Shown here: positions 17,765-25,810 of the stretch, piece by piece
Numbering within the stretch: the stretch's first letter is position 1
How the letters are laid out: every line of letters starts with the position of its first letter
Source of the DNA: an uncultured Bacteroidales bacterium
GTDB lineage: Bacteria > Bacteroidota > Bacteroidia > Bacteroidales > JADFUO01
Length of the DNA: 39,662 nt
NCBI GenBank assembly: GCA_964599115.1
Contig: CAZREZ010000002.1
Location: forward strand, 1-39,662
Reading direction: 5' to 3'
Position numbers and translations under genes: made by a program
Notes under the pieces: model-generated
Databases searched by the model: none
What the model was told of the DNA's origin: nothing
Seen by the model: only the letters and a program-made list of their open reading frames with translations

Positions 17765-18451
17765 ATGATTAAAACAGTAAAACTTACAAAAATCTTCAGA
17801 ACAGATGAAGTTGAAACTTCAGCATTAAATGAAGTTTCATTTGAAATCAACAAAGGTGAATTTGTTGCAATTATGGGGCCTTCCGGATGCGGAAAGTCAA
17901 CATTATTGAATATCCTTGGATTGCTTGATAACCCATCCGAAGGTGAATATTTTTTTCTTGATAACGAAGTGTCGAAATTCTCTGAAAAACAAAGGGCAAG
18001 ATTAAGAAAACAAAATATTGGATTTGTTTTTCAGAATTTTAACCTGATTGATGAACTCACAGTTTTTGAAAATGTGGAATTACCATTGATTTACCTCGGC
18101 ATGCATGCAAAAGACCGGAAAGCAAGGGTAGAGGAAGTTTTAGAGCAAATGCAAATGAGCCACAGGAAAAAACATTTTCCTTTACAATTGTCGGGTGGTC
18201 AGCAACAAAGGGTTGCAGTATCAAGGGCGGTTATTGCCAAGCCATCATTAATACTTGCTGATGAGCCAACCGGTAACCTTGATTCAGCACATGGCGAAGA
18301 AGTAATGAACCTGCTTGTTGATCTTAATCAAAACGGTACTACAATTATTATTGTAACGCACTCACAAAGAGATGCCGAATACAGCCAACGGATTGTACGA
18401 TTATTTGACGGACAAATTGTTACTGAAAATATCAGGCAAAGTGTTTTGTAA
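17765..18451 (+). CDS. ABC transporter ATP-binding protein (MacB/LolD-like nucleotide-binding domain)
   Basis: Walker A GPSGCGKST, Q-loop, signature LSGGQQQR, Walker B LILADEPTGNLD and H-loop VTHS are all present. Confidence 0.93.
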   Translation: MIKTVKLTKIFRTDEVETSALNEVSFEINKGEFVAIMGPSGCGKSTLLNILGLLDNPSEGEYFFLDNEVSKFSEKQRARLRKQNIGFVFQNFNLIDELTVFENVELPLIYLGMHAKDRKARVEEVLEQMQMSHRKKHFPLQLSGGQQQRVAVSRAVIAKPSLILADEPTGNLDSAHGEEVMNLLVDLNQNGTTIIIVTHSQRDAEYSQRIVRLFDGQIVTENIRQSVL

Positions 18452-18542
18452 AATGATTTAGATTATAAAATTAGCAACCTTTAATAATATAAATAATTAA
18501 TCTAAAATATAAAATCTTAATTCTAAAATCTAATTCACAATC

Positions 18543-21062
18543 ATGTTTAAAAATTATATTAAAAGTGCCTACAGAAATATCGTAAGGAATAAATTTTATT
18601 CGGCAATAAATATTATTGGCCTGTCAATCGGAATTATTGCTACGATTTTTATTCTTCTTTATAATCAGAGTGAACTTGCTTATGACAGACATCACGAAAA
18701 GCACGAAAGGATCTATCGCCTTGAGTCAAACTTTACAATAAGTGGCAAACATGACCTTTTTGCAGTAACATCTATTCCGTTGGGCCCTGCATTCAAATTA
18801 GAATTTCCAGAGGTAGAGGAGTTTGTTAGGTTTGCAGGAGGCGATGGAATATTGATAAAATACGAAAAAAAAGAATTTTATGAAGATGCATTGTTTTATA
18901 CGGATTCAACAATTTTTGATGTATTTACCCACGAATTTATTTTGGGTAAGCCTGAAAAAGCACTGACAGAACCAAATACTTGTGTCTTTACCGAAACATT
19001 AGCTAAAAAATATTTTGGTGATAAAAATCCTATCGGCGAAGTTATTACAGATGCCGATAATGTGGATTTTAAAATTACAGGTGTAATAAAAGATCTGCCT
19101 GAAAATTCACATTTAAAATTCAATGGTTTATTTTCTGTAGCTACACTTTCCGAGCGTTATGGCAGAGAACGCTTCAATAGTTTTGAACCCAGAACTTTCT
19201 GGAATATAACACCATATACTTATCTTTTACTGAAAGAGAACAGCAATATTGAAACTGTTTTTGAGAAGTTCCCGCAGTTTTATGAGAAATATATGAAATC
19301 AATTGGCGATCAGATCAATGCAAGTTTTCAGGTAATGGCAACACCTCTGGCTGATATTCATCTTACTTCAAATCTTAGTGGCGATGAACCTACAGGAAAT
19401 AAAGCTTATGTATATATATTTTCATTTGTTGCCCTTTTTATTTTATTAATTGCTGCAATTAATTATATGAATATGGCAACAGCCAGATCAGCAAATAGAG
19501 CAAAAGAAGTTGGAATAAGAAAAGTTTTGGGAGCATTCCGGTCGCAACTAATGCGGCAATTCCTCAGTGAATCTGTTATCTTAGCAATTATTGCCCTTGT
19601 AATAGCTGTTATTTCAGTATACTTGCTACTGCCTAATTTTAATGAGATTGCCGGAAAAAATTTAGTGTTTGGTTTTAGCTCAACACCGTTTATCCTGATA
19701 GAAATATTTGTGATAGCAGTAATTATCGGTCTTATTTCGGGAAGTTATCCTGCCTTTTATTTATCTTCATTTCTTCCTGTAAAAGTACTGAAAGGTAAAA
19801 TTAATACCGGCAGAAAAGGTGGATTACTTAGAAAAATTCTGGTTGTATTTCAGTTTGCGATTTCAATACTTATGATAATCGGGACTATTGTTGTTTCAAA
19901 ACAATTAAATTATCTTAAAACAAAAGACCTTGGTTTTGAAAAGGAAAATGTTATTGTAGTTGGTGTTCAGGATACTGCATTTTTAAGAAAGGTTCCGGTA
20001 TTCAGGGAAGAGGTTTTACAAAATCCAAATATTAAAAATGTTTCAACCTCATCAGGTGTGCCTGGTAATATTCGAAGCATAATTGTTATGAGGGTTGAAA
20101 AAGATGAGAAAATCAGTACACCTGCAGAAACCGGTGATAGCCTGAAAGTTTCAAGTGTGGATAGTACCGGAAATACAGATACTACAACTTTCCAAACCGG
20201 AAGCAGAATGGTTGAGCATGCCCTGAATTTTATTATGACTGATACTAATTATATTGACTTATTTAATATTGAGATAACAGAGGGCAGGAATTTTGACCGC
20301 AAGATGGGAACAGACCTTGAAGAAGGAGTAATAATAAATGAAGCTGCTGCCAGGGAATTGGGCTGGACTGACGATCCTTTGGGTAAAAAAATAGATTTCG
20401 GAATTGATCTGGACGGCACTGCTTTAAGATATACAAAAGTAATTGGTGTTGTTAAAGACTTTCATTATCGTTCTCTGCATAACAACATTGACCCCTTGTT
20501 AATTTTCCTCAGTAATCGCCCCAGATACTTCATGTCAATTCATATTAATGAAAAGAACCAACGGCAAACACTTGATTATATTGAAGAAAAATGGTACGAA
20601 TTTGGAAATATTAATCCTTTTGATTATGATTTTCTTGATAAAACCATGGATGAAATGTATGAAGCTGAAGAAAACATCGGGAGGATATTTCGCATAGCTT
20701 CGGTATTGTCAATATTTATTGCTTTATTAGGATTACTTGGCTTATCTTCATTTATTGCAGAGCAAAGAACCAAAGAAATCGGGATACGTAAAGTGCTTGG
20801 CGCCTCAATTGAAAGTATCTTAAAAATATTATATAAAGAGTTTGTTATCCTTATTGTAATTGCATTTATTATTGCTTCACCTTTAGCATGGTGGATACTT
20901 GATGACTGGTTGAACACTAATTTCATTTATAGCACAACAATCGGATGGTTTTCGTATGTATTAGCCGGATTGTTGGCTCTTGTAATAGGCTTACTAACAA
21001 TCAGCTATCACATTGTAAAAGCTGCGACAGCTAACCCGGTTGATTCAATTATGTGTGAGTGA
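18543..21062 (+). CDS. ABC transporter permease, MacB type with two FtsX modules (paralog 4, 839 aa, with an extra insert)
   Basis: N-terminus MFKNYIKSAYRNIVRNK and FtsX loops NRAKEVGIRKVLGA and QRTKEIGIRKVLGA. A ~37-aa Ser/Thr/Gly-rich insert lies in the second periplasmic domain. The C-terminus is NPVDSIMCE rather than ..LKYE. Confidence 0.9.
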   Translation: MFKNYIKSAYRNIVRNKFYSAINIIGLSIGIIATIFILLYNQSELAYDRHHEKHERIYRLESNFTISGKHDLFAVTSIPLGPAFKLEFPEVEEFVRFAGGDGILIKYEKKEFYEDALFYTDSTIFDVFTHEFILGKPEKALTEPNTCVFTETLAKKYFGDKNPIGEVITDADNVDFKITGVIKDLPENSHLKFNGLFSVATLSERYGRERFNSFEPRTFWNITPYTYLLLKENSNIETVFEKFPQFYEKYMKSIGDQINASFQVMATPLADIHLTSNLSGDEPTGNKAYVYIFSFVALFILLIAAINYMNMATARSANRAKEVGIRKVLGAFRSQLMRQFLSESVILAIIALVIAVISVYLLLPNFNEIAGKNLVFGFSSTPFILIEIFVIAVIIGLISGSYPAFYLSSFLPVKVLKGKINTGRKGGLLRKILVVFQFAISILMIIGTIVVSKQLNYLKTKDLGFEKENVIVVGVQDTAFLRKVPVFREEVLQNPNIKNVSTSSGVPGNIRSIIVMRVEKDEKISTPAETGDSLKVSSVDSTGNTDTTTFQTGSRMVEHALNFIMTDTNYIDLFNIEITEGRNFDRKMGTDLEEGVIINEAAARELGWTDDPLGKKIDFGIDLDGTALRYTKVIGVVKDFHYRSLHNNIDPLLIFLSNRPRYFMSIHINEKNQRQTLDYIEEKWYEFGNINPFDYDFLDKTMDEMYEAEENIGRIFRIASVLSIFIALLGLLGLSSFIAEQRTKEIGIRKVLGASIESILKILYKEFVILIVIAFIIASPLAWWILDDWLNTNFIYSTTIGWFSYVLAGLLALVIGLLTISYHIVKAATANPVDSIMCE

Positions 21063-21072
21063 TAATCTATGT

Positions 21073-21327
21073 TTAAATATTTAACCATTTCCTGAAATCA
21101 CTTAATCTACTGTAACTGACTATTGTTTCCTGTTCGGTTTTGGGTTTTAGAACTATTTTAAACCTGCTTTTTGATAAGGAGTACATATTTTCAATTGCAC
21201 TGAAATTAACGATAAATTGACGGTTTATCCTGAAAAAATATTTTGGGTCAAGAATGTTTTCTAATTTATCTAAAGAAAAATATCCATTAATATCGGTAAT
21301 TGTACCAATTTTTGGTATACAGAATGG
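21073..21327 (-). pseudogene. 5'-truncated remnant of a LytTR DNA-binding domain (LytR/AlgR-type response regulator C-terminus)
   Basis: The minus-strand frame is open for 84 codons between a TGA and a TAA. It reads PFCIPKIGTITDINGYFSLDKLENILDPKYFFRINRQFIVNFSAIENMYSLSKSRFKIVLKPKTEQETIVSYSRLSDFRKWLNI. The FFRINRQFIVN...I and SR.. motifs are LytTR signatures. There is no start codon, no receiver domain, and the first LytTR strands are missing. Confidence 0.6.
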
Positions 21328-21438
21328 TCAATTTATTTCAGGCAGGGGCACAGCCTATTAATTGCCAACTGCCGACTGAAACAGGAAACCAGAATCAAGA
21401 AAATAAACTATATAAATTCAACCGGTTTAGAGGATTTA

Positions 21439-23064
21439 TTAAGCAGATAGCTTAAGTGATTTTTTTCTGTTGACAATACCCATGGAAATAGTGATAAGGA
21501 TAAACAAGGCACTTATAAAAGCGGAAATTCTACCTAAGTAGTCCCCATACTTAACATAAAAAGTTAACTTTGAGTTAGCGTTGATGTTTTGCCTGATAAC
21601 TGCAGGAACCCAATATTCGGTTTTTTGAAATACATCGCCTTTTTGATTGATAAAACACGAAATACCTGTATTTGCCGACCTTGCAAAACTTCGCCTGGTT
21701 TCAATTGCTCTTAAAGGAGAAAATGAAAAATGCTGGCGATGACCCGGTGTATTTCCCCACCAACCGTCATTAGTTATCAAAAAAACCAGGTTGGCACCGT
21801 TCCTTACGAATTTTGTAACAAATTCTCCGTAAACCGATTCATAGCAAATAATCACAGCAACTTTTAATGAATCTTTTGTGTTAAATACTTTTTTTTCTTT
21901 ATCAGTTGCAAGCGTTCCTATGGTTCCGCCAAGGTTAATTGCAAAATTTTCCAAAGGTTTTAATATTTTCCATGAAGGCATTTTTTCAACTCCAGGAGTA
22001 AGTTTTGATTTATGATAAAGCCTGACAATATCTGATGAATCAAGAAAAATAACAGTATTGTATGCGTAATAATAATTATCACTATCATAGAATTTTCTGG
22101 CAGAATTTGTGATGGCTTGCTCATCTTCCAGCCTTTTATATGTTGAAGCTCCAATAACAAAGCTTATATGCGAATATTTTTTTATAAACTTTTTTAACTG
22201 AATTATTGATGGGTAGTTTTTTATATTTCTTTCCCAGATGTCTTCCTGATTGGCGGATTCCGGACAAACAACAAAATCGGTAAGACTGTCAATTTCAGGT
22301 TCGGCAAGCTTAAATATTTTATCAATTATTACCGAAGGAGGTAAATTATATTGTTCGGAATAGGGATCAATATTGGGTTGGACAACAACAATGCTTACAG
22401 GGTTTTTTGTTTCTTCATAATTATTATAAATAATGTATGAAAATATTATTGGAAAAAAAATCAATAAAAAAGATGAGCAAGATAAAACTATGATCTTTTT
22501 TAATGATTTGTTTTTGTTTAGTAATTCAGCTAATAGTTTATAAATGATAATATTAACAAGTAATACCCATAGTGTTCCGCCGAAAGTGCCTGTAAATTCA
22601 TACCATTGAATCCATTTTATATAAGATGCAAATCCATTTCCGAGATTAAGCCATGGCCATGAAAGATCCCAGTCAAGATGCAAAAACTCCCATGTTATCC
22701 AGTAAAAAATTAAGATGAAATATCCCTGATTGTTTTTATATAATATTCTTTTTGTGATATGGTAAAGGTTAAAAAACACAGACATAAAAAGCGAGTTCAA
22801 AAGTATTGCCATAATTGCTCCTATTTCCGTTGAATTCCATACCCACCAGGTAGTGAGTAAATTCCAAACGAAAAAAGCCGGATAGGAATAAAAAAGAATG
22901 CTGAATATGCTGAAGTTCTTTTTGTTTTTGCAAATAAAATCTTCAATATAAAGCAGAGGTACGAACGAAAAAAATAAAAATATAGGAAAACCGTTTACAG
23001 GCCAGGCAATAGAAAGCAATATTCCCGAAAAAATTGAAAGTAAAATCAGATGGTATTTCTTCAT
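21439..23064 (-). CDS. lnt: Apolipoprotein N-acyltransferase
   Basis: The N-terminal half is polytopic. The C-terminal half is a nitrilase-like CN-hydrolase domain with the catalytic Cys context VAVIICYES and the motif NDGWWG. Confidence 0.88.
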   Translation of the reverse strand: MKKYHLILLSIFSGILLSIAWPVNGFPIFLFFSFVPLLYIEDFICKNKKNFSIFSILFYSYPAFFVWNLLTTWWVWNSTEIGAIMAILLNSLFMSVFFNLYHITKRILYKNNQGYFILIFYWITWEFLHLDWDLSWPWLNLGNGFASYIKWIQWYEFTGTFGGTLWVLLVNIIIYKLLAELLNKNKSLKKIIVLSCSSFLLIFFPIIFSYIIYNNYEETKNPVSIVVVQPNIDPYSEQYNLPPSVIIDKIFKLAEPEIDSLTDFVVCPESANQEDIWERNIKNYPSIIQLKKFIKKYSHISFVIGASTYKRLEDEQAITNSARKFYDSDNYYYAYNTVIFLDSSDIVRLYHKSKLTPGVEKMPSWKILKPLENFAINLGGTIGTLATDKEKKVFNTKDSLKVAVIICYESVYGEFVTKFVRNGANLVFLITNDGWWGNTPGHRQHFSFSPLRAIETRRSFARSANTGISCFINQKGDVFQKTEYWVPAVIRQNINANSKLTFYVKYGDYLGRISAFISALFILITISMGIVNRKKSLKLSA

Positions 23065-23090
23065 TTTTATCAGAAGATTAAAATTTCAGG

Positions 23091-23120
23091 CAAATATATC
23101 TATTTTTATTAAACGTCAAA
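23091..23120 (-). promoter_or_regulatory. Putative Bacteroidota sigma-A promoter for lnt
   Basis: On the minus strand a TTTG (-33-like, 23120..23117) is followed by an 18-nt spacer and then TATATTTG (a TAnnTTTG -7 box, 23098..23091). The element lies 27 nt upstream of ATG 23064. Confidence 0.3.
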
Positions 23121-23148
23121 TATCAAACGTCAAACGGATTTTTAGTTT

Positions 23149-24333
23149 CTAATACAAAAAATCATTATAAGGATATTTCTTAATATGAATCTTCTTCACT
23201 TCTTCGTAAAGTATTTTTCTCATTTCCTTGTAATTTTGTTTTTCTATAGCTGAAATAAACAGACAAGGTGTATTAACTTTAGCCATCCACGAATTTTTCA
23301 GGTCTTCAAGGCAGATGTTTTCTTTTGTTATTGGCAAGAGGTCGTCTTCTTCTTTCTCAATAAAAGTGTATATATCAATTTTATTAAAGACTGTGATTAT
23401 TGGTTTATCAATTACTTTAATGTCGGCGAGGGTTTGATTTACAATGTTAATTTGTTCTTCAAAATCGTGGTGAGAAATATCAACTACATGAATAAGGATA
23501 TCAGCTTCTCTTACTTCATCCAGTGTTGATTTGAATGATTCTACAATCCAATGCGGGAGTTTACGTATAAAACCGACTGTGTCGGATATTAGGAAAGGCA
23601 GATTATTAATTACAACTTTCCGTACGGTTGTATCCAGGGTGGCAAAAAGTTTATTTTCAGCAAAAATATTTGATTTACTTAGAAGGTTCATCAGTGTTGA
23701 TTTACCTACATTTGTATAACCCACTAAAGCAACCCGCACTAAACTTTCCCTGTTTTTTCTCTGTGTTGTTTTTTGTTTATCAATATGAGCTAATTTTTTT
23801 TTGAGCAGGGAAATTTTATTACGAATAATTCGCCGGTCGGTTTCAATTTCTGTTTCCCCCGGACCTCTTAACCCGATACCACCCTTTTGGCGTTCAAGGT
23901 GGGTCCACATCCTTGTCAGCCTGGGCAGAAGATATTCATATTGCGCCAGTTCAACCTGGGTTTTTGCATTAGCTGTCATTGCACGGCTCGCGAATATATC
24001 AAGTATTAAATTTGTACGGTCAAGTATTTTGCAGTTTAAAGTTCTTTCAAGATTACGAATTTGTGAAGGATTTAGTTCATCATCAAAAACAGCAATGTCA
24101 ATATTGGCGGTTTCAACATATTGTTTTATTTCATCTAATTTTCCGGAGCCTACGAATGTTTTTGAGTTTGGAATATCCAGTGTCTGGACAAAGCGTTTTA
24201 CAGGTATTCCCCCTGCTGTGTCAATCAAAAATTCAAGTTCATCTAAATATTCGTTGATTTTTTTCTTATCCTGTTGCTTTGTTATTAATCCAACTAGTAT
24301 TGCTTTTTCTTTTTTAGGGGAAGTATCTATCAT
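23149..24333 (-). CDS. hflX: GTPase HflX
   Basis: The HflX N-domain is present (AILVGL...EYLDELEFLIDTAGG), together with G motifs GYTNVGKST, DTVGF and NKID. The gene ends in TAG. Confidence 0.92.
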   Translation of the reverse strand: MIDTSPKKEKAILVGLITKQQDKKKINEYLDELEFLIDTAGGIPVKRFVQTLDIPNSKTFVGSGKLDEIKQYVETANIDIAVFDDELNPSQIRNLERTLNCKILDRTNLILDIFASRAMTANAKTQVELAQYEYLLPRLTRMWTHLERQKGGIGLRGPGETEIETDRRIIRNKISLLKKKLAHIDKQKTTQRKNRESLVRVALVGYTNVGKSTLMNLLSKSNIFAENKLFATLDTTVRKVVINNLPFLISDTVGFIRKLPHWIVESFKSTLDEVREADILIHVVDISHHDFEEQINIVNQTLADIKVIDKPIITVFNKIDIYTFIEKEEDDLLPITKENICLEDLKNSWMAKVNTPCLFISAIEKQNYKEMRKILYEEVKKIHIKKYPYNDFLY

Positions 24334-24350
24334 CTTTAAGCTAGTTCCAT

Positions 24351-24722
24351 TTAGTACCGCTTCTTTCTATGTGATCTGTCGGTTTTTGACATAAAGTAAA
24401 TTGAAACAATTATCAGTAAAAAGTAATTAACTTGCTCAAATGACAATCCTGTTTTAAAAGCGATATCAAGAATTTTATAAAAACTACCTATAAAAACAAT
24501 GAAAAAACCTAAATTATAAAATCTTGATTTTTTCAGGAATATAATTGCTAAACTCAAGCCAATAAAAAAAATTATTAATAATATTTTTACTATCCAGTTC
24601 CAAAAAGCTTGTTCTAAGTTAATGTCAATATAATTATTATAAAAGAACGGAAAGATAAAAAGTATAATGGCTATTCTTAAAAACCAGTTAACAATTATTG
24701 ATAATAATTCTTTTGAATCCAT
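24351..24722 (-). CDS. Hypothetical small membrane protein (123 aa, about 4 TM segments)
   Basis: Hydrophobic segments are evident (IVNWFLRIAIILFIFPFF, ILLIIFFIGLSLAIIFL, LGFFIVFIGSFY, LLIIVSIYFM). It starts 5 nt downstream of the trpS stop. Confidence 0.6.
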   Translation of the reverse strand: MDSKELLSIIVNWFLRIAIILFIFPFFYNNYIDINLEQAFWNWIVKILLIIFFIGLSLAIIFLKKSRFYNLGFFIVFIGSFYKILDIAFKTGLSFEQVNYFLLIIVSIYFMSKTDRSHRKKRY

Positions 24723-24727
24723 TTTAT

Positions 24728-25723
24728 TTAGAATTTTTTAAAACCAATTATTTCTCTTACTTCTTTAATAGTTTTGGAAGCACTTTCGCGGGCTTTATCA
24801 GCACCTTGTTTTACAACTTTTCTTAAGTAATCGTTATTTGTAGATAATTCGGTAATCTTATCACGAAGAGGTGCTGTGAAGTTAATTATATCTTCGGCTA
24901 ATTGTTTTTTTAAATAACCATAACGAATTTCACATTTATTATAAAGGTCATTAAAGTGAGTTACTGTATCTGGTGTTGAAACAACTTTCAGTAATGTAAA
25001 GAGGTTTTCAATAGGTTCTGATTTATTCTGGTTTATTTCCGTTGGCCCGCTATCAGTAACAGCCTTCTAAACTTTTTTACGAATTACTTCAGGCTTGTCT
25101 GCTAAAAAAATTGCATTTCCTTCGCCTTCTGATTTTCCCATTTTTCCTCTACCGTCCAAACCGGGAATTTTAACAAGGGCTTCACCGAAATTATATGCTG
25201 TTGGAATAGGAAAATATTCGGTTTTGTATATACGGTTGAATCGTCTGGTGAAAGTTCGTATCATTTCAAGGTTTTGTTCCTGGTCTTTTCCTACAGGGAC
25301 TTTTGCAGCTTTGTGGATAATAACATCTGCAGCCATCAATGTTGGATATGTTAGAAGTCCGGCATTAATATTTTCAGGTTGTTTCCTTACTTTTTCCTTA
25401 AAAGAAGTACATCTTTCAAGTTCGCCAAGATATGCATTCATATTAAGCAAAAGATAAAGTTCGCTTACTTCGGGCAAGTCACTTTGAATATAAATTGTTG
25501 CTTTTTCAGGGTTCAATCCTGCAGCTAAATATTCGACTAACACCTGCTTAACACTCTCATGAAGATTATCCAGAGTAGGATGTGTTGTTAATGAATGATA
25601 ATCTGCAATAAAGAAATAACAATTGTTTTCTTCTTGCATTTTGATAAAATTTTTTATTGCACCGAAGTAATTTCCCAAATGTAAATTACCTGTTGGTCTT
25701 ATTCCGCTTACTACTATTTCCAT
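24728..25723 (-). CDS. trpS: Tryptophan--tRNA ligase reading frame (332 codons including the terminal stop) interrupted by an in-frame TAG at codon 219 (25067..25069)
   Basis: A HIGH-type motif (PTGNLHLGNY) and a KMSKS-type motif (KMGKSEG) are present. The track ORF stops at ...PEVIRKKV followed by TAG. The same frame continues without any stop or shift for 112 more codons (KAVTDSGPTEINQNK...KTIKEVREIIGFKKF, then TAA at 24728..24730). This continuation is the expected anticodon-binding C-terminal domain (compare the KK-I/V-x-K/R-A-V-T-D-S region of bacterial TrpRS). Confidence 0.85.
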
Positions 25724-25810
25724 GATTGCAAAAATATAAAATATTAGTTATATCTCAATATTTATGAGAATATTAGATTTATAAAATAGAATATTATTCA
25801 ATGGACTACA

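Noticed and set aside
18452-18542. Repeated tctaaaat / aatctaa words between the ATPase gene and the fourth permease, considered as a possible repeat array or binding sites.
   Set aside because: These are short, irregularly spaced AT-rich words with no consistent period or spacers, indistinguishable from low-complexity intergenic DNA.
23531-24394. + strand ORFs, including a 197-aa ORF at 23801..24394, opposite hflX.
   Set aside because: They are antisense shadows of a well-supported GTPase gene. They have no recognisable motifs and are Ser/Ile/Phe-rich.
25067-25069. Genome-wide reassignment of TAG to a sense codon as the explanation for the trpS interruption.
   Set aside because: TAG is the terminal codon of hflX, hup, the carboxyltransferase gene and the 111-aa ORF in this same window, each at the expected protein end. 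A global recoding is therefore not supported. Only a site-specific event or an error remains possible.
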